Of a stretch of DNA of 64,000 bases, positions 1 through 9,467 are shown piece after piece. The notes beneath the pieces were generated by a model. It saw only the letters and a program-made list of their open reading frames with translations, was not told the DNA's origin and did no database searches. The DNA lies in assembly GCA_045540115.1 (NCBI GenBank), contig JAZQGR010000041.1, positions 36,638 to 100,637 of the forward strand, given 5' to 3'. This DNA is from Eubacteriales bacterium. GTDB lineage: Bacteria > Bacillota > Clostridia > Oscillospirales > CAG-272. Position numbers and translations under genes: made by a program. Each line of letters opens with the position of its first letter. Position 1 is the first letter of the stretch.

Positions 1-1608
1 TGCCTTTTCAAACTTAGCGTATATTTTTTCCTTATCGACGTTTTTCATCAGATAATGTCCGCAGTCGGGAATCTCGACCTGTCCGTCAAGGATATCTTCA
101 AGCTCCGTAAAGATCTCAGATACTGTTTCCCCACCCTTTCCGTAAAGGCGACAAAGTGATGAAATACTGTCCCCAAGCGACATTTCGGTGTCATAGCCTG
201 TGCGCGCGAAGGTATAGAAATTAAGGAGATGATTCCAAATATTGAAGCATTCAATCTGCGTGCCTGAGCCGGAAATATCTGTTTTTACAAAGTTTTTCCA
301 GATAGCCTGAAGCTCATCAGCCATCGGAATCCATCTTTGACGGAGAGAATAGATGCCCATATAGTAGTCATAATAAACAACCTCAGCTCCTGCACGATGC
401 CATTTAAGAAGGTTTTGTTCAAAGTGAGTACCATTTAAGCAGCTTCCGTCGGGCTTACCTGTTCGCCGCAAACCGTCTGTTGCCCACGTTGATTCGTCTA
501 TCATGATCGACGGCTCAAGCTTGATACCGTCGGGGCATTCCCAAAGATCAACGTATATCAGCAGATCAAACTTTACATCAGGGTGTCTTTCCTTCACCAT
601 CTTTGCAATTTCGTTCACGAAATATGTGTAATTTTCGATCTTGCTGTACTTACTGCACTCTGAACAGGTACACTGATCGTAGATGCCGTCATTAGGCCAC
701 ATTGCAAGAATGTCGACAGCGGGATTAAGATCAAGCCAATGGTCAATGTTTTTTGCGACTTCCTTTATTGCATCGGAATTGCGGCTGCAATAAACCCACT
801 GCCCCCAAGGACCATCATTCAGAAAGTGTGTTCCGTCCTTTTGAAGCTTGAAAAACTCCGGATGCGTTTCATAATACTTATCTGGAAAATATTTGTTTCC
901 GTAAGCGGGAAGGAAGAGACGCGACGATTCGTGATGACCGACGGTAAGACCAAGACCACGACGCTCAATCTCATACAGCAGCTCAGTATCCTTGAAGTGA
1001 TCGTAAATACTCGACCACGTAAGGATGCGATTGTATCTGTTTTTGACAAGCCAGTCGAAAAACGGGATATTGAGCTCCTTATCAGGATCACCTGCCGCGT
1101 CGGCGTATTGAATTATCGCGGTACGGTAGGGACGGTCGGCACAGCTCTTAACATAGTTAATACCGTCGAGATCAAGCTCTTCGCGTTCAGGCACTATTTC
1201 ACCTGCATCAACCTCGGGACTCGAAAACGCGGCAAGAGCACAACCACAGAAGCGCTCAAGGAACTCATATACGCCGTAAACGGTTCCGCGTTCCTTTTCA
1301 CCCGCATTTCCACTCGAGCCCGTAATCACCACAGTATCATCATCGAAGCTTCTTATCATCATTCCCTCGGGACCGGGCACCTCTTTCTTGAAATCCTCTG
1401 CGCTTATATATTCGGCGCAGACGTGATTTCTTTCGGGGCAGCCGATAATAAAGCGGGAAACGAATCCGTCGTTTTCGTCCGTGATCCTCACGCTTGCATA
1501 CAGCATAAGTTCAAGATACTTTTTCAGTTCAAGCGCGGCAAAGCTTTCGCGCGGCGTTGCAGGCTTCGGTATTATTATGTCAATCGGGGAATGTTTGACC
1601 AGCCTCAT
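1..1608 (-). CDS. Putative glycoside hydrolase-like protein (DUF4838/GH20-like), C-terminus runs off the window start
   Basis: Hand translation of the minus strand from the ATG at 1606-1608 (RBS AAAAGGAGCAATCT) gives MRLVKHSPIDIIIPKP... and stays open to position 1. It is not in the ORF track because it reaches the window edge. It sits next to nagB/nagA. The plus-strand 597-aa ORF at 739..2532 is antisense to it. Confidence 0.45.
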   Translation of the reverse strand, partial: MRLVKHSPIDIIIPKPATPRESFAALELKKYLELMLYASVRITDENDGFVSRFIIGCPERNHVCAEYISAEDFKKEVPGPEGMMIRSFDDDTVVITGSSGNAGEKERGTVYGVYEFLERFCGCALAAFSSPEVDAGEIVPEREELDLDGINYVKSCADRPYRTAIIQYADAAGDPDKELNIPFFDWLVKNRYNRILTWSSIYDHFKDTELLYEIERRGLGLTVGHHESSRLFLPAYGNKYFPDKYYETHPEFFKLQKDGTHFLNDGPWGQWVYCSRNSDAIKEVAKNIDHWLDLNPAVDILAMWPNDGIYDQCTCSECSKYSKIENYTYFVNEIAKMVKERHPDVKFDLLIYVDLWECPDGIKLEPSIMIDESTWATDGLRRTGKPDGSCLNGTHFEQNLLKWHRAGAEVVYYDYYMGIYSLRQRWIPMADELQAIWKNFVKTDISGSGTQIECFNIWNHLLNFYTFARTGYDTEMSLGDSISSLCRLYGKGGETVSEIFTELEDILDGQVEIPDCGHYLMKNVDKEKIYAKFEKA

Positions 1609-1623
1609 AGATTGCTCCTTTTA

Positions 1624-2373
1624 TCAAAGGAATTTGTTCTTGATCTCCTCGCTCAGAAGTGCAGCAGAGTCGAGATCGCAATAAAGCGTGCAGTTACTAT
1701 GCTCCTTAAGAAGCGTAGCGGGAACCTCAGGGGTAAGCTCACGCGTAAGCGTATTATAGACCGCCTCAGCCTTTACGCTATAAGGAACGACGGAGATTAT
1801 CGTCTTGCACTTCATGATCTGCGGGCAGGTCATACTGATCGCCTGCTTGTAGGTTTCTTCAACGCTCTTGAACCAACCTTCGCCTACCTGCTGATTAAGG
1901 CAACGCTCGTCAAGGGTAACTACCTTATACGCACGCGTATCATTGAAAACCGCAGGAGGATCGTTGAAGGCGATATGTCCGTTCTCACCAATGCCTATCA
2001 TACCGAGATCGATCGGCTTCTCGTTTACAAGTGCAGTAAGCTCCGAGATCGTCTCCTCGGGAGCTCTTTTGCCTTCTATAAGATGAACCTTACCCGGCTT
2101 TACAACGTTTACGAATCTGTCGAGAAGATATTTCTTAAAGGATGCGGGGTGATCCTCGCTGATTCCAACGTATTCATCAAGATGGAACATTTCAACCTTG
2201 CTCCAATCGATATCCGCCATCACAAATTCGTTAAAGAACGGGAACTGCGACGAGCCGGTCGAAAGGAGTATGCGTGCATATCCCTGCTTCTCGATCGCAT
2301 CATTTACAACTGCGGCTGCCTGCTTTGCGGCAAGCGCACCCATTTCTGCGGTTTCTTTGATTATAAGCTTCAT
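1624..2373 (-). CDS. nagB: Glucosamine-6-phosphate deaminase
   Basis: The 249-aa product has the NagB signature (LSTGSS, MFHLDEYVG, IGIGENGHIAFNDP). Its start overlaps the nagA stop in an ATGA, suggesting translational coupling. Confidence 0.9.
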   Translation of the reverse strand: MKLIIKETAEMGALAAKQAAAVVNDAIEKQGYARILLSTGSSQFPFFNEFVMADIDWSKVEMFHLDEYVGISEDHPASFKKYLLDRFVNVVKPGKVHLIEGKRAPEETISELTALVNEKPIDLGMIGIGENGHIAFNDPPAVFNDTRAYKVVTLDERCLNQQVGEGWFKSVEETYKQAISMTCPQIMKCKTIISVVPYSVKAEAVYNTLTRELTPEVPATLLKEHSNCTLYCDLDSAALLSEEIKNKFL

Positions 2374-3530
2374 ATTTCGTTTCCTCCGAAAATTATTTTA
2401 TTAACGTTAAGATCACGGTCAAGGATCAACATATCTGCCCGCTTCCCTTCCGCAATCTCTCCTCTGTCTGTAAAGCCCATTGCTCTCGACGGAGTCAGTG
2501 AAGCCATTTTGGAGAGCGCTACAAGATCGTAGCCGATTGCCTCCGCCATGGTTCTATACAATCGGTCAGCAGTTGCCGTGCTTCCCGCAAACGCCTTTCT
2601 GTCGGGCATTTTTGCGACGCCGTCCTCGATTATTATTGGATCCTTATCGGCGCGGCTGATACCCGTTGTTATCGAGCCGTCAGGCATTCCCGCGCCACGA
2701 GATGCGTCGGTGACAAGGCAGACCTTGTCAGCTCCCTTACATTTATATATCAGCTTCAGAAGTTCGAGCGGCAGGTGTCTGCCGTCGGCAATCACCTCGG
2801 CATAAAGCTCGTCGAAATAAAGTCCTGCTTCAACAGCTCCCGCAACTCGGAAGGCGTTAACACGCTCTGTGAGCTTCATTCCCGAGTAGAGATGCGTCAT
2901 AACGGTATAGCCGTTTTTGACAGCATCCTCGATCTCGGTAAATGTCGCATCGGTATGCGCGACTGACGCTATTACGCCAAGCTCCTTACAGGCTCTGCCG
3001 AACTCCATTCCGCCGTCAAGCTCAGGTGCGACACCAACGCGCAAGATCTGAGGGTATTTCGCCTTCAGCGCGCGTATTTCATCGGCACACGGATTCTTCA
3101 TACAAGACACCGCCTGCGCCCCGCTCTGCTCGGGGCTGAGCCACGGTCCCTCCATAAACACGCCGACAATCGTCGGGTTTTCCACGGTTTTCATATACTC
3201 GCCGCAGGTCTTTATCATCGTGATAGTTTCCTCGTCATCAGAGGTACAAGTCGTTGCGACAAGCGTTGTCGTTCCATGTGAGAGGTGAAAATTCGCAATC
3301 GCCTTGAAGTCGTTAACGTCACCGCCCATAAAGGACTTGCCTATTGCACAATGACAATGAATATCGACGAATCCGGGGATCAGATAACCGCCTTTTGCGT
3401 CGATAACCTTATCGGCATCAGCTGTGCATTCTCCAACGGCTGAAATAACTCCGTCCTCAAAAACACAGGTGCCGTTTTTTATAATTCGGTCACAAAGAAC
3501 TATATTTGCATTGATAATCGCTGTTTTCAT
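2370..3530 (-). CDS. nagA: N-acetylglucosamine-6-phosphate deacetylase
   Basis: The 386-aa product has amidohydrolase/NagA motifs (GFVDIHCHCAIG, metal-binding His/Asp) and lies in an operon with nagB. Confidence 0.88.
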   Translation of the reverse strand: MKTAIINANIVLCDRIIKNGTCVFEDGVISAVGECTADADKVIDAKGGYLIPGFVDIHCHCAIGKSFMGGDVNDFKAIANFHLSHGTTTLVATTCTSDDEETITMIKTCGEYMKTVENPTIVGVFMEGPWLSPEQSGAQAVSCMKNPCADEIRALKAKYPQILRVGVAPELDGGMEFGRACKELGVIASVAHTDATFTEIEDAVKNGYTVMTHLYSGMKLTERVNAFRVAGAVEAGLYFDELYAEVIADGRHLPLELLKLIYKCKGADKVCLVTDASRGAGMPDGSITTGISRADKDPIIIEDGVAKMPDRKAFAGSTATADRLYRTMAEAIGYDLVALSKMASLTPSRAMGFTDRGEIAEGKRADMLILDRDLNVNKIIFGGNEI

Positions 3531-3636
3531 AGCACTACTCCTATTTTGCTAATTCAATTTTATCAAATAGAACTGTACGATTCAATATAAAATTGTCCTT
3601 TTTTCAAAAACATTACATAAATCGTACCGCAATCAA

Positions 3637-3665
3637 TTGACACAGTAATGCATAGCTGTTATAAT
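3637..3665 (+). promoter_or_regulatory. Sigma-70-like promoter (TTGACA-17-TATAAT) upstream of the AraC-family gene
   Basis: TTGACA at 3637-3642, a 17-nt spacer, TATAAT at 3660-3665; about 28 nt upstream of the GGAGG RBS of the 3693 start. Confidence 0.45.
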
Positions 3666-3692
3666 AAAAGCAGTAACGTTTTCGGAGGAAAT

Positions 3693-4481
3693 ATGAGCTT
3701 TGCGGAAATTGATCTACGGCAGCGTGATTACGAATGGTCGATGTCTGAGCTTCAGAGCCACAAGCATTTCGAGATCTACTGTCTGACGAGTGGAGAGAGA
3801 AAATACTTTTACGAGGATAGAATTTATAACATAGCAGCGCCGACCGTATGCATCATACCGCCCTTTGCCCTTCACAAGACGGAGGGCGGAGCTTTCAGGC
3901 GCTTTACCCTGAACGTTTCAGCCGACGTGCTGAACGACAGCGAGCTGTCGTATTTATACGAGCTTGGGAAACGCGGTGTATACATGCTCGACAGTCAAGA
4001 GGCTGCGTTGTTCCTTGCCTTACTTGACGAATCAGCCGATCTTTCCCGCGACACACCGAGCGGCGAGCGTCTGGCTCCGCATTTCATACACGTTCTCCTT
4101 TCGCTTCTCTCGCGCCTCGAGCTTATTCCGTACGATACGATCGACGAGCAAACGGGAGTCAACGATGAGACGCCTGCCATGAGGGCGGTCAGCTATATAA
4201 ACCGTCATTTCAATGAGAATTTCACGCTGAATGAGCTTTGCGAGAGCATCTTTACGTCAAAGAACTCATTATGCGCAGATTTTCGTGCGCTTATGAACTG
4301 CTCCGTTATGGAATACAGAACCTTCATACGGATTAGCAAAGCTAAGGAGCTGTTGTCATCAACGAGTATGCGTCTGACCGAAATTGCGTCGGAATGCGGT
4401 TTTTCATCTGCGAATTATTTCGGTCTGATATTCAAAAAAGAGGTCGGAATATCCCCGTCAAACTACCGAAAGGTAAAATAA
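3693..4481 (+). CDS. AraC-family transcriptional regulator (N-terminal cupin sensor, C-terminal HTH)
   Basis: An ATG at 3693 preceded by GGAGGAAAT. The C-terminus carries the AraC HTH (ASECGFSSANYFGLIFKKEVGISPSNYR). The track's earlier start at 3648 has no RBS and overlaps the promoter. Confidence 0.8.
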   Translation: MSFAEIDLRQRDYEWSMSELQSHKHFEIYCLTSGERKYFYEDRIYNIAAPTVCIIPPFALHKTEGGAFRRFTLNVSADVLNDSELSYLYELGKRGVYMLDSQEAALFLALLDESADLSRDTPSGERLAPHFIHVLLSLLSRLELIPYDTIDEQTGVNDETPAMRAVSYINRHFNENFTLNELCESIFTSKNSLCADFRALMNCSVMEYRTFIRISKAKELLSSTSMRLTEIASECGFSSANYFGLIFKKEVGISPSNYRKVK

Positions 4482-4510
4482 AAAGCACGCTTCGTATGAA
4501 GCGTGCTTTT
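4482..4510. terminator. Bidirectional intrinsic terminator hairpin
   Basis: AAAGCACGCTTCGTATGAAGCGTGCTTT is a perfect stem flanked by A/T runs, between convergent genes. Confidence 0.6.
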
Positions 4511-4524
4511 ACATTTACTTTTTG

Positions 4525-4638
4525 TTATTCTCCTACGCCGGGAAGATCTACAAGATCGCCACCAAGAGAGATCGTAATTACATCCTCGTTATCAAAGATG
4601 ATCGTCTCGCACTCAGGAGTAGTGAATTTCTCGTTCAT
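4525..4638 (-). CDS. Small acidic 37-aa peptide (MNEKFTTPECETIIFDNEDVITISLGGDLVDLPGVGE), last gene of the secreted-protein operon
   Basis: Hand-translated. ATG at 4636-4638 (revcomp), 18 nt downstream of the lipoprotein stop, with an AAAGGA RBS; stop at 4525-4527. Below the ORF-track length cutoff. Confidence 0.3.
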   Translation of the reverse strand: MNEKFTTPECETIIFDNEDVITISLGGDLVDLPGVGE

Positions 4639-4656
4639 ATTCTTCGTCCTTTCGTA

Positions 4657-5049
4657 TTAGAAGGTTATACCGGGCAGATTAACGCTGCCGTCCTCGTTCG
4701 TTTCAAAGCCGCCTTCCGTTGTCGTTTCGGGAACGGTGGTTTCGGCTTCGGTCGTCGTTTCCGAGGTCGTTGTTTCAACCGTAGTTTGAGCTTCGGTCGT
4801 CGTCTCGATCTTGGTCTCCGACGTCGTATATGTTACCGTCGTATCGGTCGGTCTCGGTGCTTCCGTTGTCGATCCATCCGTCGTGTCCGATGAGGGAGGC
4901 TCGGTTGAATTTCCATCGGTAGTATCGGGAACCGTTGTGTCCGATATCGTGGTAGTTTCCGTCGTTACTTCCTTTTTGCCGTCGTCGTTACACGCGATAA
5001 CGGTCGTCATAAGAAGCGCCGACAAAAGAAATAGAGCAATTATTCTCAC
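4657..5049 (-). CDS. Thr-rich low-complexity lipoprotein
   Basis: Signal peptide plus lipobox (LLMTTVIAC) followed by T/E/D-rich repeats. The GTG start overlaps the upstream gene's stop (GTGA). Confidence 0.65.
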   Translation of the reverse strand: MRIIALFLLSALLMTTVIACNDDGKKEVTTETTTISDTTVPDTTDGNSTEPPSSDTTDGSTTEAPRPTDTTVTYTTSETKIETTTEAQTTVETTTSETTTEAETTVPETTTEGGFETNEDGSVNLPGITF

Positions 5050-7307
5050 TGCTGAGCTACGGTTGCGGCGACGTATGCTTCAACAGCTACACCGTAGTTG
5101 TAGGTCGCAGCAGCCATGTTCTGATATTCGTTGCCGATATCGTAAAGAGCCTTGAGGTATTCGTTGAAGGTGAATGTCGCGGTTGCGGTATTGCCTTCAG
5201 CGTTGGTAACGGTAAGAACGATCTCATCGTTGAAGTTTGCGGGACGGAGGTTCTCGATAACGAGCTTGCCGTCGGTTACGATAGCCGCGAGATCATCGCC
5301 CTTTGAAGCGTACTTGCCTGCGAGGGAGATCGTGTAAGAAAGGTTCTCGGTAGCGTTTACTGCAATACCGATGTTTGCATAGTCGTTAAGAACTGCATCG
5401 AGGGTAAGATTGCCGCCGAAAAGGTTGATGTCGTCATCGTAGGTAGGAGCATCAACGCCGCTGAAATCGGGAGCGGATACAATTTCGCCGTTTGCAGCCT
5501 GTCCGTATGCGGTAATTGCATCGAGAAGAAGCATAAGAGCTTCGTCGTCAGCGTACTGTTCTCTTGCCTTAGCAATGTAGTTTTCAACTCTTACGTCCTC
5601 GTTGATGTCGCAGTAAGAAACCTTGATGTTTCTGTCGATATCACCGGGGGTAAGAGTAATGGAGTAATAATTTGTTCCTGCGATAGGATCGAGCTGAGTG
5701 CCGAGAGCGTCGGTAAAGATTACCTTTGCGTCGGGGTTATTTGCGATCCATTCGGCATTGATAGTGAGCTTAACTCTGATGGTTATGCCCTTGTTAAGGG
5801 TAAGACCGAAGCCTTCGAACTTAGGAAGAATGGTAACCCAGCCGTTCTTGATCTGTGCTTTTCCGCCGTACTGACCGACGTTACCGTAAACCTGAACTCT
5901 GTCGCCAACCTTGAACTGATTTGCCATCTCATCGAAACGGTTTTCGCCTGTAGCATCATAAGTACCGTAAACGGTAAATTCGTTGCCGTCCTTGTCAACC
6001 AAGGTAACGTTGCCATAAGTAGTATTGGTAATTTCCTTAACAAAGCCGATAAAGTAGTATTTACCTTCGGTGTAGCTATCGTGTCCCTGAGCAATACCGA
6101 GCTTGGTTATAGTAAGGTAATCAAGAATTGAATCTGCCGCAGGAATAGTTACGTCGCGTTCCTCGCCACAGATGTCGCAGGATGCATCGAACTCGTTAGC
6201 ATAGGTGTGCTCGCAGTCCGCAGCTTCAACGTAGATCCAAGAATCTTTCATTTGAGCTTTAACGCCATCATACGTACCGATAACGCCGTATAGAGTAATT
6301 GTATCGCCAACTACGGGCTTGTCAGCAAGAGCATCATAACGGTTAGCCTTATCCCAGCTATAAACACCGTATACATAGAACTCTGTTCCGTTTTCATCTT
6401 TGATATAGATATTACCGTACGTGTCATTATCGACCTTAGTAATCTCACCGGTCACATAATATTTATCGGTAGTATAAGTGTTATTATCATGAGCCAAACC
6501 GAGCTTGTTCGCAACCTCAATGGTAATTGTACTATCTGCTTCAGGAAGAGTTACAGCACGAACAGCAGAACAGCTGTTGCAGCTTGCATCAAACTCGTTG
6601 GTGTACTCATGCTCAAGTGCATCACGAGTACCCGTGGTACAGTTGTTACACTCTGTATCTTCGCAATTGTCATATATATGTCCGGGAGCGGTACGTTCCT
6701 CATTGCAGAGGTTACAGGTTGTATCTTCGCAGCTATCGTAAGTATGTTCACACGCGCCTGCCGCCTCGAAATATACTGTGATGCTCTGGACAAATGCTCT
6801 ATCATTAGTGGTGATAGTTACAGTCTTAGTAGCGGCAAACTCAAAGGTCTTTGTTCCCCAAGTGCCACTGTTAGGAGCGACTACTGCAGAGCATTCGTTA
6901 ACCTTGATTGTATCAGTCTTGCCATCGCCCCAAGCGTAGCAAACAATGTCAACTTTGACAACGTTGGTGTCGAACGTGAGCGCGAGAACGCCGTCTCCTC
7001 CGCTCTTACCGAACTTAAGAAATCCTGCAGTACTAGACCATTTTCCTCCAGAGCCGTTACCGTCGTAAATGTTGGTAGCGGTAGCTGCAGTAACATGGCT
7101 AGTGCCAGTAGGTCCGCACTTGTTAAGTGTAGATACTAAAGTTGAGCCACTATTTAGCTTAGAACCCTTGCCTGTTAAGGAAGTAAAGCTGTAGGTAACA
7201 GATGTCTCAGCCGCCTTTGTGCTGATTGCGATGGCAGGAATCATGGAAAGCACCATGATCGTGCCGAGGAGAAGTGCTGTCAATTTCTTGAAAAAACTGT
7301 TTTTCAT
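5046..7307 (-). CDS. Large secreted protein with Cys/His-rich repeats and two tandem OB-fold-like domains (candidate extracellular nucleic-acid-binding protein)
   Basis: N-terminal signal peptide (MKNSFFKKLTALLLGTIMVLSMIPAIA). Duplicated ~75-aa module (YYVTGEITKVDNDTYGNIYIKDENGTEFYVYGVYS...DTITLYGVIGTYDGVKAQMKDSWIY and KYYFIGFVKEITNTTYGNVTLVDKDGNEFTVYGTY...GQYGGKAQIKNGWV) resembling the OB folds of extracellular nucleases. CEHTY...C..C repeats. Start chosen at MKNSFF with a GGAG RBS. Confidence 0.7.
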   Translation of the reverse strand: MKNSFFKKLTALLLGTIMVLSMIPAIAISTKAAETSVTYSFTSLTGKGSKLNSGSTLVSTLNKCGPTGTSHVTAATATNIYDGNGSGGKWSSTAGFLKFGKSGGDGVLALTFDTNVVKVDIVCYAWGDGKTDTIKVNECSAVVAPNSGTWGTKTFEFAATKTVTITTNDRAFVQSITVYFEAAGACEHTYDSCEDTTCNLCNEERTAPGHIYDNCEDTECNNCTTGTRDALEHEYTNEFDASCNSCSAVRAVTLPEADSTITIEVANKLGLAHDNNTYTTDKYYVTGEITKVDNDTYGNIYIKDENGTEFYVYGVYSWDKANRYDALADKPVVGDTITLYGVIGTYDGVKAQMKDSWIYVEAADCEHTYANEFDASCDICGEERDVTIPAADSILDYLTITKLGIAQGHDSYTEGKYYFIGFVKEITNTTYGNVTLVDKDGNEFTVYGTYDATGENRFDEMANQFKVGDRVQVYGNVGQYGGKAQIKNGWVTILPKFEGFGLTLNKGITIRVKLTINAEWIANNPDAKVIFTDALGTQLDPIAGTNYYSITLTPGDIDRNIKVSYCDINEDVRVENYIAKAREQYADDEALMLLLDAITAYGQAANGEIVSAPDFSGVDAPTYDDDINLFGGNLTLDAVLNDYANIGIAVNATENLSYTISLAGKYASKGDDLAAIVTDGKLVIENLRPANFNDEIVLTVTNAEGNTATATFTFNEYLKALYDIGNEYQNMAAATYNYGVAVEAYVAATVAQQ

Positions 7308-7442
7308 TGCCAATACTCCACTTTCTTTTTTCTTTGATTTTCGTCGATTATCGACGTATATAAATAGTTATCCTAATTGTATCACTTCTGTCGCTTTTTG
7401 TCAACATATTTATATAATAATATAATATTTATTTGCCTTATT

Positions 7443-7471
7443 CTTGACAAGCCTCGAAAAGTGTGTTATAT
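7443..7471 (+). promoter_or_regulatory. Sigma-70-like promoter (TTGACA-17-TATATT)
   Basis: TTGACAAGCCTCGAAAAGTGTGTTATATT lies about 35 nt upstream of the AAGGAGA RBS of the 7506 gene. Confidence 0.5.
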
Positions 7472-7505
7472 TCGTCTTAAATCAAGGCAAAAGGAGACCA
7501 TAATT

Positions 7506-8159
7506 ATGCCTATTAAAGTCGGTTTACAGTATATTGATATCTGGAAGGAATCGATGGAGGAAGCTATCTGCGAGTACGAAAAGGAGCCCATCAAAAAGGG
7601 ACAGATCGTATTCTACGGTCCGTCGTACTATACCCGCTGGTCGACAAAGTGGGGCAATAAGCCCTTATGTGAATCGGTTCTCGGAAAAAGCGGTGCGCAA
7701 TGCTGCATCAACCGCGGATTCGGCTCGAGCTGCCCTGAGCATCAGCTTTACTACTACCCTCGCATGATCCGTCCCCTTGAGCCGAAGGCTCTCGTTTACG
7801 GAAGCTTCGGAAATTCCGAGTCGTTCGGATACACGCTTGAGGAGGCTTGGGAGCTTGCTCAGAGAGTTATCGTTTACACCCTTACAGACTTTCCCGAGGC
7901 TGAGGTCTATATAGTCAGCGCCAAGAGAAGCCGCGATATTACCGAGAAGCGTATAGAACAATGCCGCGAGTACAATTCTTGGCTTAAGGAATTTGCAGAA
8001 AAAACGCCGAGATGCCATTATCTCGACGTGTTCGACTATGAGCCTATGACCGGAAACGATATCTATATCGAGGACGGTATTCACTTTAACGAAAAGGGCT
8101 ACAAGGCGTTCGAAGCTTTCTTCAACGAAGCCCTCAAGGAAGAGCTCGCAAAATACTGA
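7506..8159 (+). CDS. SGNH/GDSL-like hydrolase (putative esterase)
   Basis: ATG at 7506 with an AAGGAGACC RBS. C-terminal block V motif DGIHFNEKGY; candidate nucleophile in FYGPSYY. The track's 7377 start lies in the promoter region. Confidence 0.5.
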   Translation: MPIKVGLQYIDIWKESMEEAICEYEKEPIKKGQIVFYGPSYYTRWSTKWGNKPLCESVLGKSGAQCCINRGFGSSCPEHQLYYYPRMIRPLEPKALVYGSFGNSESFGYTLEEAWELAQRVIVYTLTDFPEAEVYIVSAKRSRDITEKRIEQCREYNSWLKEFAEKTPRCHYLDVFDYEPMTGNDIYIEDGIHFNEKGYKAFEAFFNEALKEELAKY

Positions 8160-8167
8160 TATTGAGA

Positions 8168-8203
8168 CAAAAATTCCTCCGCAGATGCGGAGGAATTTTT
8201 TTA
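8168..8203. terminator. Bidirectional intrinsic terminator
   Basis: AAAAATTCCTCCGCAGATGCGGAGGAATTTTTTT is a perfect 10-bp stem with A and T runs on both sides. Confidence 0.7.
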
Positions 8204-8204
8204 G

Positions 8205-9352
8205 TTATTCAAGTGTGATAAAGCAGGGATCTGCGCCGTTAAGCGTTACGGTGTATTCACCGTTATCCGAAGCAAGCTCGGTGGTGTTATCTGCTGTGTA
8301 AAGCGTTACCTTGCCGTTTGCCTTGATCTTAAGGGTGTATTCCGATGTGGAATCATATTCGTAGGGAGAAACGAAAATAGCTTCCTTTTCGCCGTTAACA
8401 AACTTACCGATAAGTGCTTCCTTCGAAACGTTTACACTCTCGAATGCGCCGTGAGCGGCTTCGGTAGCCTTTACGGTATCTGCCCAGCTGTACTTGATGT
8501 ATTCCTTCGAGAGAGCGATCATCTTGTGATTGATCTTCTTCATCTTTTCGTACTGCTCGGTCTTGTTTCCGTCGGCATCAAGCACGTTATGGTTCCACCA
8601 GCCCTTGGAATAGCAAGCCCACGATACTGCGCCCGCACCATGTGCCATTGCGCTGAACGCCTGGAAAGCAAGCTCGTCCTCGGTAACGTAATGCTCGGGA
8701 TCGAGGGAGTTTACCTGTCCGATATAGAAAAGCTTCTTGCCGTTGTCGCGGCAGTAGATCGCAGCAGTTCTGATGTCGGAGATAAGACGCTCGGGGCTTG
8801 AGGTAAGGTAGTAGTGGTCGAAGCTGAGGTACGGAAGGTCGATATTCTTTGCATAAGCATCAACATATTCCTGATAGGTCGGAACGCCGAGCTCCTTTAC
8901 GGTCTGCTCGGGACTGTTTGATGCGAGCATAGCGTAAGAAGGATAAATATTGAGATAGGGGAACTTGCTCGGAGCGAGCTCCTTCATGAGGTTAAGCATC
9001 TGTCCGTAATAGGGGAAATCAAGGCTCGACGGCTCGTCGCCTGCATCAAAACCAACTACTGCGGGATGATCGACGAACGCATTTATGCCGTTTATATACG
9101 CTTCTCTCTTATTCTTTTCGCACATGGTTCCGGCATTATCACCGTGACCGCCGAACCAGCCGGGTACGATGCCCGATACAACTGCGGACACGCCGTATTT
9201 ATGGAAAAGATCGAGCATCTCTCTGTCGTTATCGATGCAGAACACTACGTCGATTCCGCTTTCGCTGAGATCCTTTACGCCCTCTTCGGTTCTTGCGTTT
9301 TTCTGAAAATAGTAGGTTCCGATGTGGAATTTCTCAAAAAAGCTTTTCATAA
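8205..9352 (-). CDS. Putative glycoside-hydrolase-like TIM-barrel protein (family not assigned)
   Basis: Start at MKSFFEKF with an AAGGAGAA RBS; the track's longer start has no RBS. No signal peptide. Call is weak and by family resemblance only. Confidence 0.4.
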
Positions 9353-9467
9353 TATTCTCCTTTATTCGCGCGCTGCGCTGTTCTGCCGTTATTATAACAT
9401 CTAAAAACGGTTTAGGCAAGGATTTAATGAAAAAAAGTGCCGAAAAAAAATATCGGCACCTTTTTAT

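Noticed and set aside
739-2532. 597-aa plus-strand ORF, the longest in this region
   Set aside because: It is entirely antisense to nagB and to the well-supported minus-strand hydrolase gene (RBS, family motifs). It has no RBS and a low-complexity R/K-rich translation, so it is a spurious ORF.
4522-5155. Plus-strand ORFs 4522..4893 and 4811..5155
   Set aside because: They are antisense to the Thr-rich lipoprotein gene. The R/G/V-rich low-complexity translations are the mirror of Thr/Glu codon repeats.
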